Positions 18,139 through 30,443 of a stretch of 64,000 nucleotides of DNA are shown piece after piece. The DNA comes from Eukaryota sp. GEM-RC1 (Eukaryota), in assembly GCA_040285855.1 (NCBI GenBank), contig JAUFOQ010000016.1, forward strand, positions 868,001 through 932,000. Reading direction: 5' to 3'. Position 1 is the stretch's first letter; every line of letters begins with the position of its first letter. The position numbers and the translations under genes were made by a program. The notes below the pieces were generated by a model, which saw only the letters and a list, made by a program, of their open reading frames with translations, ran no database searches and was not told the DNA's origin.

Positions 18139-18619
18139 CAGTGTTTGAAAACCACCCGGGTGGAAATGAAAACCACCCGGGTGCCACCAATGCCACCCAC
18201 CACCCGGGTGGCGTCTGGGTGGTACTGGGTGGATCATTTTGGTCTTACCATCATCTTCAATCCATGACTTCCTGAATACATACTTCCTTGTTCAACGTGT
18301 CCTGAATACAATTATTTTAACGGGAGTTATTTCTAGGCTCGGAGAGGCTAATATCATCTTATTTATTTATTTTTCAGAGGGTTTTTCTAATCCCAAACCT
18401 AAACAAAGTACTTCAGTGTTAGTTATTTTATATCACACACTGCTAAAGTACTTTCAGTTTCATTGTATATGGTGTATAAAGTAGTTTTTGCCCCAAAACT
18501 TATGTCTCGTACTTTATTGCCACCCGGTGACCACCCGGGTGGAAATGAAAACCACCCGGACGCCACCCGGTTCCACCCACCACCCGGGTGGCGTCCGGGT
18601 GGAAAATTTTCGAACACTG
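18139..18619. mobile_element. Non-autonomous hAT-like element with ccacccgggtgg subterminal repeats
   Basis: TIRs cagtgtttgaaaa / ttttcgaacactg. TSD ctttttgg / ctttttga (7/8). Palindromic ccacccgggtgg clusters at both ends. Confidence 0.85.
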
Positions 18620-19257
18620 CTTTTTGAGTACATTGCTGGCTTTTTACAAAAAGCCAGTAATGTACTAGTAGTAATTGTGAAATCACTTCTCCATTTGTCC
18701 CAATACTCAGATTTGCCACTTCGGATACAAAAATCAATTAACATTTAGCAGGTCTAAATTAATTCACTATCCTTTTTTTAAACTAGTTTCAGTTTCTATC
18801 AATCAATATCATTCTTTTTGTCAATTTATGCGTTTTCAAAAATTAAATTAGTCATTAGAAACGAGTCGTCTAACACTTATTTGTTTTACTAGTATCTGTA
18901 ACACTTTGATCATAGGAGAACATAACACTGATTGTTGTTTGATAAGTATATCAACAACAAACTTACATCATTAAATATATATTTTTTGATAATACATTCT
19001 ATATCAATGATATTGAAGACATGAAACTGACATAAAGTCAATATGATGACGTTTTGCTTTTGGGTAGAGCGGATTTTAGGGATTTACACTAAGATAATAC
19101 ATGTTCATCGTGTATACTGTATTTGAGTAGCTGTTAAGTCTTTCTCCAATGCCACTCTGATTCTATCAATCAACAACCGGAAAGTACAACGAAGCATGCA
19201 AGCCGACACCCTTTGGTGAAATGATTTCAATTTGTATATAATTTTTCAATTGTGTTT

Positions 19258-20704
19258 ATGTCCTCTCTTCATGATCTTCTATCTATCTGTCTGGATCTAG
19301 ATGAATCAACACTACTGAATATTAACCAACAAGACTCCTTCAATCTGTCGTCCATTGATTCAGCTGGTAACTCACTTCTTCATTATCTCTCCTTGGAAGG
19401 TTCCACTGAAGCCCTGGAATTACTTTTCCGCCATGTCAACGATCTGTCTTCCATCACTTCCATGACAAATAGTCTTGGTCAATCTCCTCTTCATTTAGCA
19501 AGTGCTTCTGGTTCTCTCTGTTGTGTGACCCTTCTATTATCTCACAATGTTCCCATAGACCTCAGTGACAGTAAGGGATTCCTTCCCATAACGTATGCTC
19601 TACTCGCAAACCACTTTGATATAGCTCGTCTTCTCTTTAATCATCTTCCAACCATCCTCTACAAACCCTTTCCGCTACTTCACCACGTTATTGAATTAGG
19701 CCTGATCTCTTCTCTTGAATTCCTTTTATCTCTTCCTGGTGTGAACATCAACTGTTTGAATGACCTCTCCCAAACTCCTCTTCATGCTGCTGTCATATCT
19801 AATCAATCTGAAATGATTGACATTCTTTTACAGAGAAAGTGTGTTTGTGAATCATTTGACCAACTTGGAATTTTCCCCCTCTTCTCTGCTATTTCCTTCG
19901 GATACTTAGACACAGCACTTAAATTACTACTCAAATGTCAACAAAGTCTTTTTTTAGTAACTAACAGCGGTTATTCTGTACTACATGCGATATCCTTCCT
20001 CGACTACGAAACTTTAAATTCTGATACGTTTTTTAAAATCGCTGCTCTGCTTCCTCTAATCATTCAAAACTATTTCGATGCACAAAATGATTCATGTGGA
20101 ATATCGTCTTTTATTAATGCAGTGGATTTAGAAAATCAAATGTCTCCATTATTGTTCTCAATATTTTGTGCTAATTACACAGTTTCATGTTTATTATTGG
20201 ATCTTTTCGGTGATTTGTTTATTCTAGATACTGTTTGTAAAGGAAATCGGAATATTTTTCATTTGCTGACTGATTCTGATCATGATTTAAAACTTTCACT
20301 TCGCTTACTTAATATTCTATCCCAAAAATCGTCTGATTTTATTTTTAAGATTTTCAGTCTACATGATTCTTTAGATAGAACCCCTTTGATGACGTATTTC
20401 CTCTGTGGATATTCAGACATCTTGTCATTGATTCTAGATTTTCTGAAAAATACCATTGAATCGGAAAATGTTGAAGTTTTGCTTGAAACTTTGAAACTAG
20501 AACACGTGTAAGTATGTTGAATTGATGATCTTAATTGCACGTATTTTTAGCCCCGTGTGTTTATCGAATGATTTCATGTTCAGAAATCTTGCTGAAGATT
20601 CATGTTTTTTTGCTTTCATTGAAAGGTTTCCACTAAGGCTGTTAAGAAGTAAAGATAAGATCACTGGAACTTGGGTCAGATCAAGATTCGGTCTTCGCTG
20701 CTAG
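19258..20704 (+). CDS. Ankyrin-repeat protein with a 43-nt intron (20508-20550); 3' end interrupted by a hAT element
   Basis: Ankyrin motifs GNSLLHY, GQSPLHLA, GFLPITYA, QTPLHAAV. Removing gtaagt...ttttag joins ...LEHV to PVCLSNDF in frame. Confidence 0.8.
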
Positions 20705-21059
20705 TGTATGTGCTCTATTTGAAAATCATGATATCCTTGATCCATTAATATGTATCAAAATGTTCTGCACTAGCTAAATATTCTGGGACCTGTGGATTAT
20801 ACAATCTTCTAGTGGTGAGAATGAAACGGTTTACAAGTTTATGACGCTCAAGCTCTTGTCTGTCTGAATACATTGTTAGAATTTGGTTTTGAATTGAAAG
20901 ATTTATAATTTAAATATTTTAACATTTTTTGAGTTCAACCATAACAAACAACTTAACAGCAACTAGTTCAGCTATCAAACACAACAGTTCTTCCATCGGG
21001 TCAAAGATCAGGTCAAGACTTTGACCTGTCATGTGACCTGATAGCTTTTAACGGCCTTA
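20634..21059. mobile_element. Non-autonomous hAT-like element (same family as 32730-33232, opposite orientation)
   Basis: TIRs taaggctgttaa / ttaacggcctta. Perfect 8-bp TSD gtttccac (20626-20633, 21060-21067). Interior is homologous to the reverse complement of 32730-33232. Confidence 0.9.
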
Positions 21060-21739
21060 GTTTCCACCGCTATCTATTTCTCCGGTTGTTTCGTTTGCAA
21101 TTGAGGAATTGAATTGTTATGTGTACCTTGAATAGTCGATAACAGATTTTCTATCTTTTTCTAAGTTATTTGGTTTAAGATTGGCATTCATTTATGACTT
21201 TATTTACTTCTACCAGTCAAAAAAAATGAATGAAACAAGTGATAGGTATGACAAAATCGGAATGTTCATGAAGATACAAACACAATAAATAAATACAAAA
21301 ATTTCACAAATTAAAGAGACTTCGCCCAAATCCACCTTGTAGACATTATAAATATCCATTTCCACATCGCCTGTTTTTTGTCTCCCAAAATCACACCGAC
21401 TCTCATTATCGTCATGCCATTAAATTTTATATGATCGCAAACTAACATAAACACAATTACTGTTACTTCTTAAGACATGTAGCTTTGTTGTGTCCGGGGA
21501 TTCCACAGATACTACACTTTCTTGATTCTTTAGGCTTTGCTTCTTGTTGTTGACCTTCACTCGTCCTTCTTTTCATTAGGGGCACCAAAAGAAGTGTAGA
21601 AGCTTGGTCTCAGGTTGAGTGACTGGGGAGATTCTTCCGATGTGGAAATGGAAATTAGTGTTTCTAAAGTGTGTTTTGGTAGATGTCTTCAAACTAAATA
21701 AATGTAATTAATCTGGAATAGACCCCACAATAAAATGGA

Positions 21740-22970
21740 CTAATAAAAGGCAAAGACAGAAGAGCCCACAAAAATAGTGCAAAATATTAGCATAAATTTT
21801 CGAAAATTTCGAAATGTTTCTGTAGATGCACTTGCTTCTGTTTCGATAAGCATTTGTTCATGATCTCTTGCGGAGGAATTAAAGAGTTTGCCCACGTCAA
21901 CAGTCGTTTCAACATGAGAATTAGTCCGATTTTGATGAGGAGCAGTAATTGGAGGAGCAGAAATCTCATAGGTACCGCCACTAAAGCAAGATCTCAGTGC
22001 ATCAAGCAGAAGAGTGGCATTAGGGCGATTAATCGGGTTAACTGAAGTTGTGGACTGAATCAGAGGTCTGAACTTTTCTGGAATGGCAGAAATATCAATA
22101 AGAGCAGCTCCTTTCCGTTCAAATCTGGCCATTTGCAGAGCTTGGAGTGGTTCTCGTACAGAGGAAGGATCTTGATTGGATAATAATCCCCAAAGAAGAA
22201 CACCAAAAGAGAATATGTCTCCTGCTGGTGTTGGTTTATCCGTGTGACCAAGTAGAACCTCTGGAGGCATGTAGGCCATGGTTCCCAAGAAGCTGATGGT
22301 TACACTAGTATTTGAAGCTCGAACATCATCAAAATCAGCTAGTTTGGCTCTATTTATCCTCTGATGATTGATGTCTAAAAGAACATTTCCTGCAGATATA
22401 TCTCTGTGAACAAAGTTGTTACGATGTAGAAGAGACAACCCCTGAACTACATCCTTAGCAATTGCAGCAACGTCTTCTGAAGAGAACTTCTGTCGCTTGT
22501 TGAATAGATCTTGGATACTGGCTGAAAGATGTTCACAGACAATTCCAGGGGGGATTTTTGGTAACGCCATAGATTCGAACCAATTTATCAGGGAAATCCA
22601 GACTTTTGATGAGATGGTACTGATTGTTGGCTTTGTTCTGGATATCAGGAAGTCCTGGAAGCTGCCTGTACTTCTTCCATATAACACGATTACCAGAGAA
22701 AGTTCCTGTCAGAAGATCTGAAGAATGTGTAGATAAGAAGTGCTTCTCATCCTGAATCTCAGACTCTGTAATGACTTTTGGTTGTAAGAGTTGGGTAAGA
22801 AGCTCGTTTCTCTTCAGCTCATAATTGTCAGGAATGCTCTGATTACACACAGGACAATGTCGTCTAACTTTGAGAAAAGCAGATATACATGTAAGACAGA
22901 AGGAATGCTGACAGGGAAGGGTCACTGGATCGTTGAGAACTCCTTGATGGATTGGACAAGCGACAGTCAT
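21740..22970 (-). CDS. RING finger - protein kinase - C-terminal TM protein, copy 1 (one extra G at ~22550)
   Basis: C3HC4-like CPIH..LPCQHSFCLTC..CPVC, then HRDISAGN, DFDD, GTMAYMPPE, DIFSFG and a hydrophobic tail. The G6 run here versus G5 in the intact paralogue explains the split ORFs. Confidence 0.88.
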
Positions 22971-23327
22971 ATCTAGGTTCTTAATTGGAATCTGATTCAT
23001 GAAATCATTCTGCATGTACTTTCCAGTAGATTATCCGTCTAAACTGTCCACAGCGGACTTTACTGTTAGAGTTACCATCAGAAGTCTGTAATTCATAGAA
23101 CTATCTTCCTTAGAACAATTAACAAAGGGGTCCTGAGATTGAGGGATAAGGGAGATTTGAGTAGTTGGTAAAACGTAACTTATTCCAGATAGACAAATGA
23201 CTTAGTCATGCTATTATTGATTTGTTTCTACAAATTCAGAAAATTGTGGCAATGTTGCGTTTTTGGTTACCGAATAAATCTTATTATACTAACTCCACAC
23301 GTTCACTGACCAACCTTCATTATGAAC

Positions 23328-25390
23328 CAGGGGTGGGAAAACAATATTGCAATAAATATAATTATTTTTGAGCCACAAAATAAATATTGCAATTCTGAAA
23401 TAGTGCCAATAAGTATGGCAATTATTCGACCAATATCGCAATATCGCAATATCGCAATATCGCAACAATATGGATCACATTATGTATTTATTGTAAAAAA
23501 CTCACATATTCTATTGTTCATCATCATCAGAAATATCCGATTATTTGAATTCGATTCAACAAGAGTTGGATAAGATTAAAGTTCTTGAAATTGAAAAACA
23601 TTTAAAATTCTTCATGCTCAAAATTTGATATTCTGGCAAAATTGCTCATCTTTTAAGGTCCCTTGCTCCTGAGTTATCGTATGATTTCTGTAGAGCTTTT
23701 AACAAAATTCGCACAGACTTTCTTTCTTTTCTTGTTCAAGTCAACCCCAATATTTTTAAATAACCACACATTTTCCAGTCCATATCTGGGAGGTTTGGGA
23801 TTTACATCTTCTAAATGGTGGACTAAAGCAGCTTTTATTGGTGGTGGAAAGAATTTTGTATTCGAGTTTTGTAATCGATATCCATCAAGAACTTCTCTTC
23901 TTGAAAGTACTAGCAGCTTTTATCTTAATCATCTCCGTGGTGAAATAGGAAATCTTTCTCCTGAGCTATGGTCAACTTGCTTTCCTGTTGATATCAAAGA
24001 AATTCCATGTCGAAACATTTTGTCTTTAAAGTTTGCTTTAAAAAAGCTACAAAATCATTAATTAAAATATTTTGAAAGTTTAGATTTTACAGTCCGTCTT
24101 AGCTCGGCTAAGGAAAAAAATCCAGCTTTCGCTAATTTTTTAATTGATTTAAAGGAGAGTTCTGCTGTGGCATTAATGAATCAAATTCCACAAGTATACG
24201 GTTTGTTATTAAATTATCATCAATGGACCACCACAATGAGATTTCGTTGTTATTTATGGCCATATAATTTGCCAAATGATCTTCAATGTAGTTGTGAAAA
24301 ACAATTAACGTTTTCTCATCTGTTAAGTTGTAATCGCTACATAACTTATCGAACGTGTATGCATGATGCTGTAAGAGATCAAATACATGGGATGTGTAAG
24401 TCTTACAAAATTGAGTCATTTGTTGAACCACTTCTAAGATCTTTAGAACCAAGTAATAATTGTAATGTCGAAAAACAGAACCAATTTTTTGGTAAACGGA
24501 GAGCAGATGTTGTTGTCCCTTCTTCTTCAGACACATTGTTTGTTGGTTTGTTGTTGATGTAGTGTCAGTGGATGTTTGTAAAAAGACATCTTTAAAGAAC
24601 GCTTCATCTGAAACTTCTCCTTTAGACATTTCTGAACAGGCCAAACAGGACAAGAACAAAAAACTATTGATGGCTTTAAAACATGTAAAACATGCTGAGT
24701 ACGAATTATGCCCTTTTGCTGTTTCAATTTACGGTCGTTTAGGACAAAGTGCATTGAATTTTTTAAACGATTTCGGAAAAATCGTAAAAAATAGGATGAA
24801 CAAACGTTTTGATCATTATAAGTTATGGTTAAATCGGATCGTTTTTACTGTTTTTAAAACAGTTCCCTTAATCATCTCCAAAGCTTTATTAGCAGTGAGT
24901 TCGTTTTATGAGGACAAAGCTGTTGTAAGGTTTGATAGCGACGGGTGTTGTTTTAATGATATCAAATTCTAGTTGTTTGATCTATTACATTTACAATAAA
25001 ACTATTAAAAAGAAATATCCGAAATAATCTCAATACCATTATCTACATCTTCGAATTTGTGTTTTGTACTGCTCATGATATGTCATGATATGTCATGATA
25101 TGAGGAATTTACATTGTGCTTCTAGTTAACACTCGAACTGAGCTCAAATGACAGACATTATGACAATAAAACAACTAGAAATCATTACCGATAAAACAAC
25201 TCTCTTTATATTGAATCACTTAAGACAACAAACCTGGTTTTGGAAATCCAAATGGTGATGCAAAACAACGAGATGAACAACTCAAAGTATATTGGCAAAT
25301 ATTGCAATAATTAACCGGTGTAACAATAAATATTGCTCCACCTCAAGGAGCGAAAATAAATATCGGAGCAATATTGTTTTCCCATTCCTG
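23328..25390. mobile_element. Non-autonomous hAT-like element carrying a nested retrotransposon (same family as 61428-62054)
   Basis: TIRs caggggtgggaaaacaatattgc / gcaatattgttttcccattcctg. Perfect TSD ttatgaac (23320-23327, 25391-25398). Confidence 0.92.
23541..25010 (+). mobile_element. 5'-truncated RLE-type (CRE-like) non-LTR retrotransposon
   Basis: 12-bp TSD agaaatatccga (23529-23540, 25011-25022). Frameshifted ORF with PYLGGLG, CSC..TFSHLLSC..HDAVRD, RRADVVV..VDV and PFAVSIYGRLG (zinc knuckle plus restriction-like endonuclease). Ends with aataaa and a short A tail. Confidence 0.88.
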
Positions 25391-25501
25391 TTATGAACAA
25401 CTGAACGAAATTGAATAAATTTAAATTAAATTTAATTTAATGACTAACAGTTTATTGATGGAGGGTACAAAAATACAAAATTTAATTTAATGTTTTTTTA
25501 T

Positions 25502-25572
25502 TAAGGTTGCACAAGATACGTCACACACTGCTCCGTGACGTCACAGTGGCGGTGACGTCGGGTGCAACCCTA
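25502..25572. mobile_element. Possible 71-bp miniature inverted-repeat element
   Basis: taaggttgcac ... gtgcaacccta ends with internal tgacgtc motifs. Flanks ttttttat / gtttttaa match only 6/8. Confidence 0.4.
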
Positions 25573-25619
25573 GTTTTTAACAATTTTTTGAACTTTTACT
25601 TCTCCTCAACAATGTGCTG

Positions 25620-26300
25620 ATGAATTCCTGTCTTAAACCATTCTTTTTAAACCAGAAATTGGATTTTCCATTGATCGTTCATATCCAATCAGTAATGCGA
25701 TCTGGTACTACTTATGAGCTTGTTCTGCATGACTTACATAATGCTTGTACCGCGTTGTTGCCACCAGACGCAATCATCAATTATCCGTCTTCAAAACTTC
25801 CTCTAGATGAACTTACTGGTTATGTTCTTCAAATTCATGATGCGACTCCCTTATATCTACCTAATTCAAATGTTGTCTTCATCCGCAACGTCACCATCCT
25901 GTATCCATTGCCATTAACTTCACCTCAACCTCTCATCTCTCAGGATAAATCTGTCAATGATCTCTCTCGCTCTATTTTAAAGTCACTCGGATACTCTTCC
26001 TACTCAATTGATCTTCCTCTTGAAGATGCTGGTTTTTGGTTACCCAACGATAATCAAATTAAAGATCTACAGAACTGTCTGTTGGTTTACCATGATGATC
26101 AGCTCTCGTCACTTCCGTCATTGCTCTCGGACTTAATCCATCCTGAGACTTCCTCTGCTCACTCCTCTTTCATTGTAAACTCTCTTTCCACACTTGGAGA
26201 TAGTGATAACGATCTCGACTTGGAATCCACCCCAATGGAATATGTAAAGCCACGCACTGTTGGTAAAGATGGAGATCAAAAAAGAATGCGTACTTGTTGA
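25620..26300 (+). CDS. Hypothetical protein with probable N-terminal OB fold (TPP1/Est3- or RPA70N-like)
   Basis: Pattern IVHIQSV..ELVLHDLHNACTALLPPDAI..LTGYVLQIHD resembles OB-fold strands of TPP1/RPA70N. Recognised by eye only. Confidence 0.4.
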   Translation: MNSCLKPFFLNQKLDFPLIVHIQSVMRSGTTYELVLHDLHNACTALLPPDAIINYPSSKLPLDELTGYVLQIHDATPLYLPNSNVVFIRNVTILYPLPLTSPQPLISQDKSVNDLSRSILKSLGYSSYSIDLPLEDAGFWLPNDNQIKDLQNCLLVYHDDQLSSLPSLLSDLIHPETSSAHSSFIVNSLSTLGDSDNDLDLESTPMEYVKPRTVGKDGDQKRMRTC

Positions 26301-26817
26301 TTAATTAGTTAAAGAAGTAGTATTTGATGTTTTACTCAGTTGAATGTTGTTCTTTCTATTAGTTTTTTTGAGGGTATCCAAAGATGCAGTATTTTCCAAT
26401 GTTTCATTATTTTTGAGCATTTATTGTATTCCTGCTTTTTAGATTCGATAATGTGATTTAAGGTCAGTTTTCATGAATTAATTGAACCTTTTTTTAGTTT
26501 GTAGTCGGTGTTTCTAACTGAATATAACACCAATCCTTGAATTTGTCTAAACGAATTGTATTCTATCAATGTGTATTGGTAAAATACAAACTGATTTTGT
26601 TGGCTATTTGTACATTCCCAACTTGAGGAAATCTTGGATGATTGATTTATACCGAATGTTGGATTACAAAATTGTAACTATATTCTGATTGAATAAAAAC
26701 CGTGCGACACCAATGTCAAATTGTAAAATTACTTAATTAATTAAGCAACATGATACCAAAAATAAAATACAGGAAAAATTACACTAAAGGAGGACTACTA
26801 AACCTCAACAAGGTAAA

Positions 26818-28301
26818 TCATACAGAAACCATGATCTCATGATAAGGTTGTGATTGGGAAACTGAAAAGTCAGCACCATTGCTCTTGTCAATCAAAAGAG
26901 ATAGGAACAGAGAGCTCGTATTAGCTCTTGTTGGATCAGCTCCAAATACACTTGTCACCATTGATGAAAAAGAACACTCTTGCCCAGGAGAGAGTAACCT
27001 AGAGAATCTGTTGGTTGGCTGGTCCTCAGTCTCTTCCTCAACGTTGAGTGGTACATCGTCAAGAGGAATGTCCATGGGATCCAGATTCAATGGTAGTTGT
27101 TCATCCATGGGAGCGAAGTCTGGTTGATCAATCATCATTTCTTGTTCATAGTCATGAACAAGGGGATCTTCTTCAGGAAGGTTTGGAACATCATCATTTG
27201 GTTGTACAGTGTGGTCATTTGATTGTTCAATTGCCGGCACTGAATCTCTTCTCATCTGTTCCACATCTTCGACTGATCTTGTCTTTTCAACGGTGGTATT
27301 AAAGTCAAAACCTGCCATAATCGTTTGATTCCCGAGTTCCCCGAGAATTCACATCCAAATATGTATTCGTTGGGTTCAAAACTAGGCACCACCTTATGAG
27401 TAATGTTACGAGTATCTCTTTGCCACTTTGCCATCATATCATGTGTTAGTTCAATTCCCTGAGAGTCCAACGAAGACAACTTTCCATCGAACTCATGAGG
27501 TTCTTCCTCCGGTAAGAGGTTCTCAATCATAGCCACAGGTTCGTCAACTGAAACTTGTTGTTCTGGAACCACTTCTGCTTGTTCATTGAAGTCATCTAAT
27601 GGTATTTCTCCGAGACCCAAGTCTTGACCAACATCAAAATCCAAAGGAATACCCAAATCGAACTCCTCTTGAACAACTTCATTAATGTTGAAACTTGGCA
27701 ACGGTTCTTGAATGAGAGGAGATTCTAACCGAAGTGATCTTGCCGATGAAGCCCGGTTGAATGGCTCAGCATCAAACATCTGACGTACTGGTGTTCTTGA
27801 AGGAGTGGCTCTTCTGACTTGTTCAATATCATCAACATTGAAATCCATCTGATCAAATGCAACCAAATCCACACCAAAAGCACTTTGATCGATATCTAAT
27901 GCGAGAAGATCTTGTGTGTCGATTTCTTCATTAAAGCGATCTAGATCTGGCCTAGCTGGAGGGTTTGTAACAGTGGTGGATGGCTTTTGTTTTTGTTTGA
28001 TCGATGAGATCGGGGTTTAAGGAGAGTTTCAGCTTGTTCGATTTCCGATAAGAGGTATTCAGATTTTCTTTTGTAGATGCGACAAGTACCAAGGAGTAGC
28101 TGAGCACGGAAACGTAGTCCGACATCTTGATGTTTGATTTCCTCTTAGATGAGAGAATTATAAAGACAAACTGATTATCAGAATGAGATCGGATGATGTA
28201 ACGTCCTTCTTTGTCAGTTTTTTAAAGACATGAGCAGCTTTCCAAGCATAGATGAGGGTATTTTGCTTCTTCTTTGAAAGGATTTGATGTGCGAAGAACA
28301 T
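26818..28301 (-). CDS. Rad21/Rec8-family cohesin kleisin; 28-nt intron (28144-28171) and apparent indels near 28015 and 27335
   Basis: N-terminus, absent from the ORF track, reads MFFAHQILSKKKQNTLIYAWKAAHVFKKLTKKDV..I|KEIKHQDVGLRFRAQLLLGTCRIYKRKSEYL. C-terminal winged-helix-like TRANTSSLFLSLL..VSQSQPYHEIMV. Confidence 0.88.
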
Positions 28302-28397
28302 TGTGATGAGAATTTTACACCTGGACCAGACTTAAAGTCAAAATTTGTCTTCCTCCTTACCCTTTCTCTTTCTTTTCTAAACATCTTCTTGGACTTT

Positions 28398-29429
28398 ATG
28401 ATTGGAATCGATGACTATGAAGAAATATATGCTATAGGAACGGGAACATATGGCCGTGTCTCTAAAATGCGACGTCGATCCGATAACCGCATCTTTGCTG
28501 TCAAGGAAATCAATTATGGACGTATGAGCGAAAAAGAAAAGGAACTGTTGGTGTCAGAAGTCAACATCCTCCGAAATCTTCAACATCCACACATTGTCCA
28601 GTATTTCGATCGCATAATTGACCGCCGAAACACTAAGATCTATATTGTTATGGAATATTGTGAAGGTGGTGATCTTGCTGGTCTAATCAAGCGATGTTCA
28701 CGCGAACGTACCATAATCACTGAACCTGTGATATGGAAGATCATGTCTCAATTAGTATCCGCCATTCACGCATGTCACACCAATAAGTCTGGATCAATCG
28801 TCCATCGTGACATCAAACCAGGCAATATTTTCCTTGATATTGATAAGTTCGTGAAGATTGGGGATTTCGGTCTTGCTAGAGTGTTAGGAGAATACTCTGT
28901 CGCCAGAACTAATGTCGGAACTCCCTTATATATGTCCCCTGAACAAATCCAATCATGTCCTTACACTTCTAGTTGTGACGTTTGGGCCCTTGGATGTGTT
29001 ATCTATGAGCTCATGTCTCTAGTACCACCATTTACTGGTCACTCTGTCCAATCTCTACATCGTCTGATACTGACTGGTAAGTATCCACCGCTGTCAAGGA
29101 AGTACTCGAGCTCACTTCGGGAGTTGGTTGAACAAATGCTCACTGTGGATCCTAACAAACGACTGACTATTCAAAGGCTTTATGAAAATGCTGAACTACG
29201 GCTCTTAAGACGTGAAGTCCACTTATCACGGGCATACTTAAAATATAGTCAACGAGAGGAGGATTTGGTGAAAAGGGAAAAGAGTTTGGATGGTGTCCGT
29301 GAGAAAGTGAATGAGGTAGCCAAGAATTTAGAACGCTTGTATCAAAATGGGGAATTCAATTCTCTGGACACTTTTGTTCGAGATGCAGTTGTCTCAGCCT
29401 CTAGATCCCTCCGTCGTGTTTTTGAATAA
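28398..29429 (+). CDS. NIMA-related kinase (NEK2-like)
   Basis: IGTGTYG, AVKEINYGRMSEKEKELLVSEVNILR, IYIVMEYCEGGDL, HRDIKPGNIFL, GDFGLAR, VGTPLYMSPEQI and a C-terminal coiled coil. ATG at 28398. Confidence 0.93.
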   Translation: MIGIDDYEEIYAIGTGTYGRVSKMRRRSDNRIFAVKEINYGRMSEKEKELLVSEVNILRNLQHPHIVQYFDRIIDRRNTKIYIVMEYCEGGDLAGLIKRCSRERTIITEPVIWKIMSQLVSAIHACHTNKSGSIVHRDIKPGNIFLDIDKFVKIGDFGLARVLGEYSVARTNVGTPLYMSPEQIQSCPYTSSCDVWALGCVIYELMSLVPPFTGHSVQSLHRLILTGKYPPLSRKYSSSLRELVEQMLTVDPNKRLTIQRLYENAELRLLRREVHLSRAYLKYSQREEDLVKREKSLDGVREKVNEVAKNLERLYQNGEFNSLDTFVRDAVVSASRSLRRVFE

Positions 29430-29598
29430 CCTTGTAATACAGTAGAATAAAGTAACATATTTATGAAGTTTCTTTTCTTTTCTGAGTAATTGAAGTTCGC
29501 GAATTAATGGTTTGATGGGCATTAAAGAGTTGAAACAACCACAACTCTTATGTTAGTTGTTTCTCACTTGGATTGTTGGAGAAGAATTGATTAGTCAA

Positions 29599-30231
29599 TC
29601 AATGTATTTTGGATCTCTTTAAATCTTTCCTCAGAAACTGTGCTTGAACCACAGAGGTGGCAATAATTATACAAACAATAAACAATGTGAAATAAGGTAT
29701 ACGGGCATTAGTACTTTCATTGACCTCAGTAGAAAGTATGGTAAGATCTCTCAAATACAGCTGAGTTGTATGGATGGACTTGAGGTGATCATGAAGTAGC
29801 AAAAGTTCTCTTTCAACTGGTTTAAAATGTTCTGATTTTGCAAGATTGTGTGTGGTTTCAGGAGTTTCACCAATGCGGTAGTTGAAGACTACCTCCCTTG
29901 CTGACATATAAATACTGTTAACAACAATCTTAGATGATATTATGAACCGATACTCCCCAGGAAGATTGGTGGTGAAACCAAACTGTGATACACCTCTTAA
30001 ATGAGGTCTTTCGTAAACTAAAACACCACGAGGATCTTCAATGTAGAAGTCAATCTCAAGAATTGGAGCTGCCTTTTCATGTTGGAGTGGAGCTCCTATA
30101 TCACCGACAATAAAGATTTCTGCAGGAAATTCATCGAGAAAGACTCTTTCATCAAAGCCAGACAGTTCAAATTTTAAAGAAAAACACAGAAGTGGAAGTA
30201 ACAGAAGCAGTGTGATTTTAGAGGTGTCCAT
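29599..30231 (-). CDS. p24/TMED (emp24/gp25L) GOLD-domain cargo receptor
   Basis: Signal peptide, GOLD-like region (F..TT..GEYRF), coiled coil with NESTNAR, TM helix and basic tail KRSKIH. Confidence 0.9.
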   Translation of the reverse strand: MDTSKITLLLLLPLLCFSLKFELSGFDERVFLDEFPAEIFIVGDIGAPLQHEKAAPILEIDFYIEDPRGVLVYERPHLRGVSQFGFTTNLPGEYRFIISSKIVVNSIYMSAREVVFNYRIGETPETTHNLAKSEHFKPVERELLLLHDHLKSIHTTQLYLRDLTILSTEVNESTNARIPYFTLFIVCIIIATSVVQAQFLRKDLKRSKIH

Positions 30232-30443
30232 TTTAAAAGAAAAAGATGACAGAAGAAGGAACACAATGAAGAAAACTCTGACAACATATTTGAATCTCGA
30301 AAGAAATCAATAAATCGAACTTGATCCCCCAAAGGCTTACTCCATTGCAGTACTGCGTTGATTGCTCAAGAACTGAACAGACAGAGTAAGCGAGACTTGT
30401 CTGGTTTTTGGTTTCATAATGGGACCAAATATGGAAAGAAGTT

